Shown piece by piece: positions 63,352-64,000 of a DNA stretch of 64,000 bases. This DNA comes from Minisyncoccia bacterium (lineage in GTDB: Bacteria; Patescibacteriota; Minisyncoccia; Phycocordibacterales; Phycocordibacteraceae). The notes under the pieces are model-generated. The model was not told where the DNA came from. It saw only the letters and a program-made list of their open reading frames with translations, and searched no databases. The first letter of the stretch is position 1, and every line of letters starts with the position of its first letter. Both the position numbers and the translations under genes were made by a program. Where the stretch lies: positions 86,473 through 150,472 of the forward strand of contig JBEKII010000001.1 of the NCBI GenBank assembly GCA_050011835.1, in the 5' to 3' direction.

Positions 63352-64000
63352 CTATTTCAAGAGATATCGTTCGCGAATCATATTTTCTACAGTAGCACGG
63401 TCGCGACCGTAGGTAAGAGACGAGAGGTGAATGAGGTCGTCCACCTGCGAAGGATTTCCGAGCGGATAATTGAGCGTTTTTATATCAAACGCTTTTTGCG
63501 GTACGCCACCCGCGAGAATCTTCACATACGCGTTGCGATTCTCTATATTAACGAAGTCCAGCGCTTCAAAGACCGGTGCAAATTGTTTGGCAAAATATTC
63601 CGCATCTTCTTCTCCGACACGGAAGACCACCATATTGCCCACGTTGCCAAAGATGGCGTCACGCGTCTTTTCTTCTATCTGGTTGAGGAACTGATGCGCC
63701 ATCGTGAGTGCAAGTTTATATTTGCGCGCTTCGGAGAGAATGCCGGGAATGGAATCGGTCGTTACGTTCTGAAATTCATCAATATACAAATAGAACGGCG
63801 GGTACGGCGTACGCGGATTATCTGCGCGCGAAAGTGCCGCCATAAAGAGTTTCCCGACGATAATGAGTCCCAAGAGATTTGCATTGCGTTCCCCCAAACG
63901 GCCCTTAGAAAGATTAATGAGGAGAATTTTCTTCGTGTCTATCATATCACGGAACTTGAACGATGATTCTTGCTGCCCCACGATCGGTCGAATGAAGTCG
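63352..64000 (-). CDS. TraG/VirD4/HerA-FtsK-superfamily ATPase-like protein, C-terminal part (gene continues past window end)
   Basis: Walker-B-like YLYIDEFQN, a downstream conserved Q (TMAHQFLNQI), and there is no stop before the window edge. The family assignment is tentative. Confidence 0.4.
   Translation of the reverse strand, partial: DFIRPIVGQQESSFKFRDMIDTKKILLINLSKGRLGERNANLLGLIIVGKLFMAALSRADNPRTPYPPFYLYIDEFQNVTTDSIPGILSEARKYKLALTMAHQFLNQIEEKTRDAIFGNVGNMVVFRVGEEDAEYFAKQFAPVFEALDFVNIENRNAYVKILAGGVPQKAFDIKTLNYPLGNPSQVDDLIHLSSLTYGRDRATVENMIRERYLLK

Noticed and set aside
63247-63966. 239-aa plus-strand ORF opposite the TraG-like gene
   Set aside because: It is antisense to a motif-bearing minus-strand ORF and has no RBS.

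Overview
This 64-kb fragment is coded almost entirely on the minus strand, and its gene content looks like a small-genome, Patescibacteria/CPR-like bacterium. That assignment is inferred from gene content and reduced domain architectures only. No database search was possible. The main contents, in order: trpS (partial), pyrD, tRNA-Tyr and tyrS; a grpE-dnaK-dnaJ heat-shock operon, with dnaK interrupted by a 1-nt frameshift in an A-rich tract; a ribosomal block infA-rpmJ-rpsM-rpsK-rpsD-rpoA-rplQ plus rplM-rpsI; alaS without the C-Ala domain, and an M3 peptidase; a DNA-repair/defence cluster of ung, an MGMT-domain protein, a Cas4-like PD-(D/E)xK nuclease and an ATP-cone/Mrr-like endonuclease; mnmA, mltG, leuS carrying an inserted NUDIX domain, ychF, two tandem alpha/beta hydrolases and a SWIB-domain protein; folD flanked by five tRNAs (Ala-GGC, Ala-CGC, Pro-GGG, Pro-CGG, Val-CAC); a ~5-kb low-GC island at 41.5-46.9 kb that ends at tRNA-Ala(TGC) and is punctuated by two families of repeated intergenic elements; then nudix, ddl, ndk, uvrC, uvrA, uvrB and tgt; and a cell-surface block with a 949-aa Gly-rich protein containing a (GGN)25 tract, a sortase, an FKBP PPIase, and a partial TraG/VirD4-like ATPase at the window end. 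The island carries a Qng1/DUF2419-like queuosine-salvage gene, two SAM methyltransferases, a DEDDh exonuclease and an SDR reductase. One element family is ~78 nt (S); the other is ~110 nt and ends in a tRNA-like ...GUGGCCCACCA (X). Totals: 7 tRNAs, no rRNA, no CRISPR array, and no transposase or integrase recognised. All calls come from manual reading of the ORF translations and sequence; the homology assignments need database or HMM confirmation.
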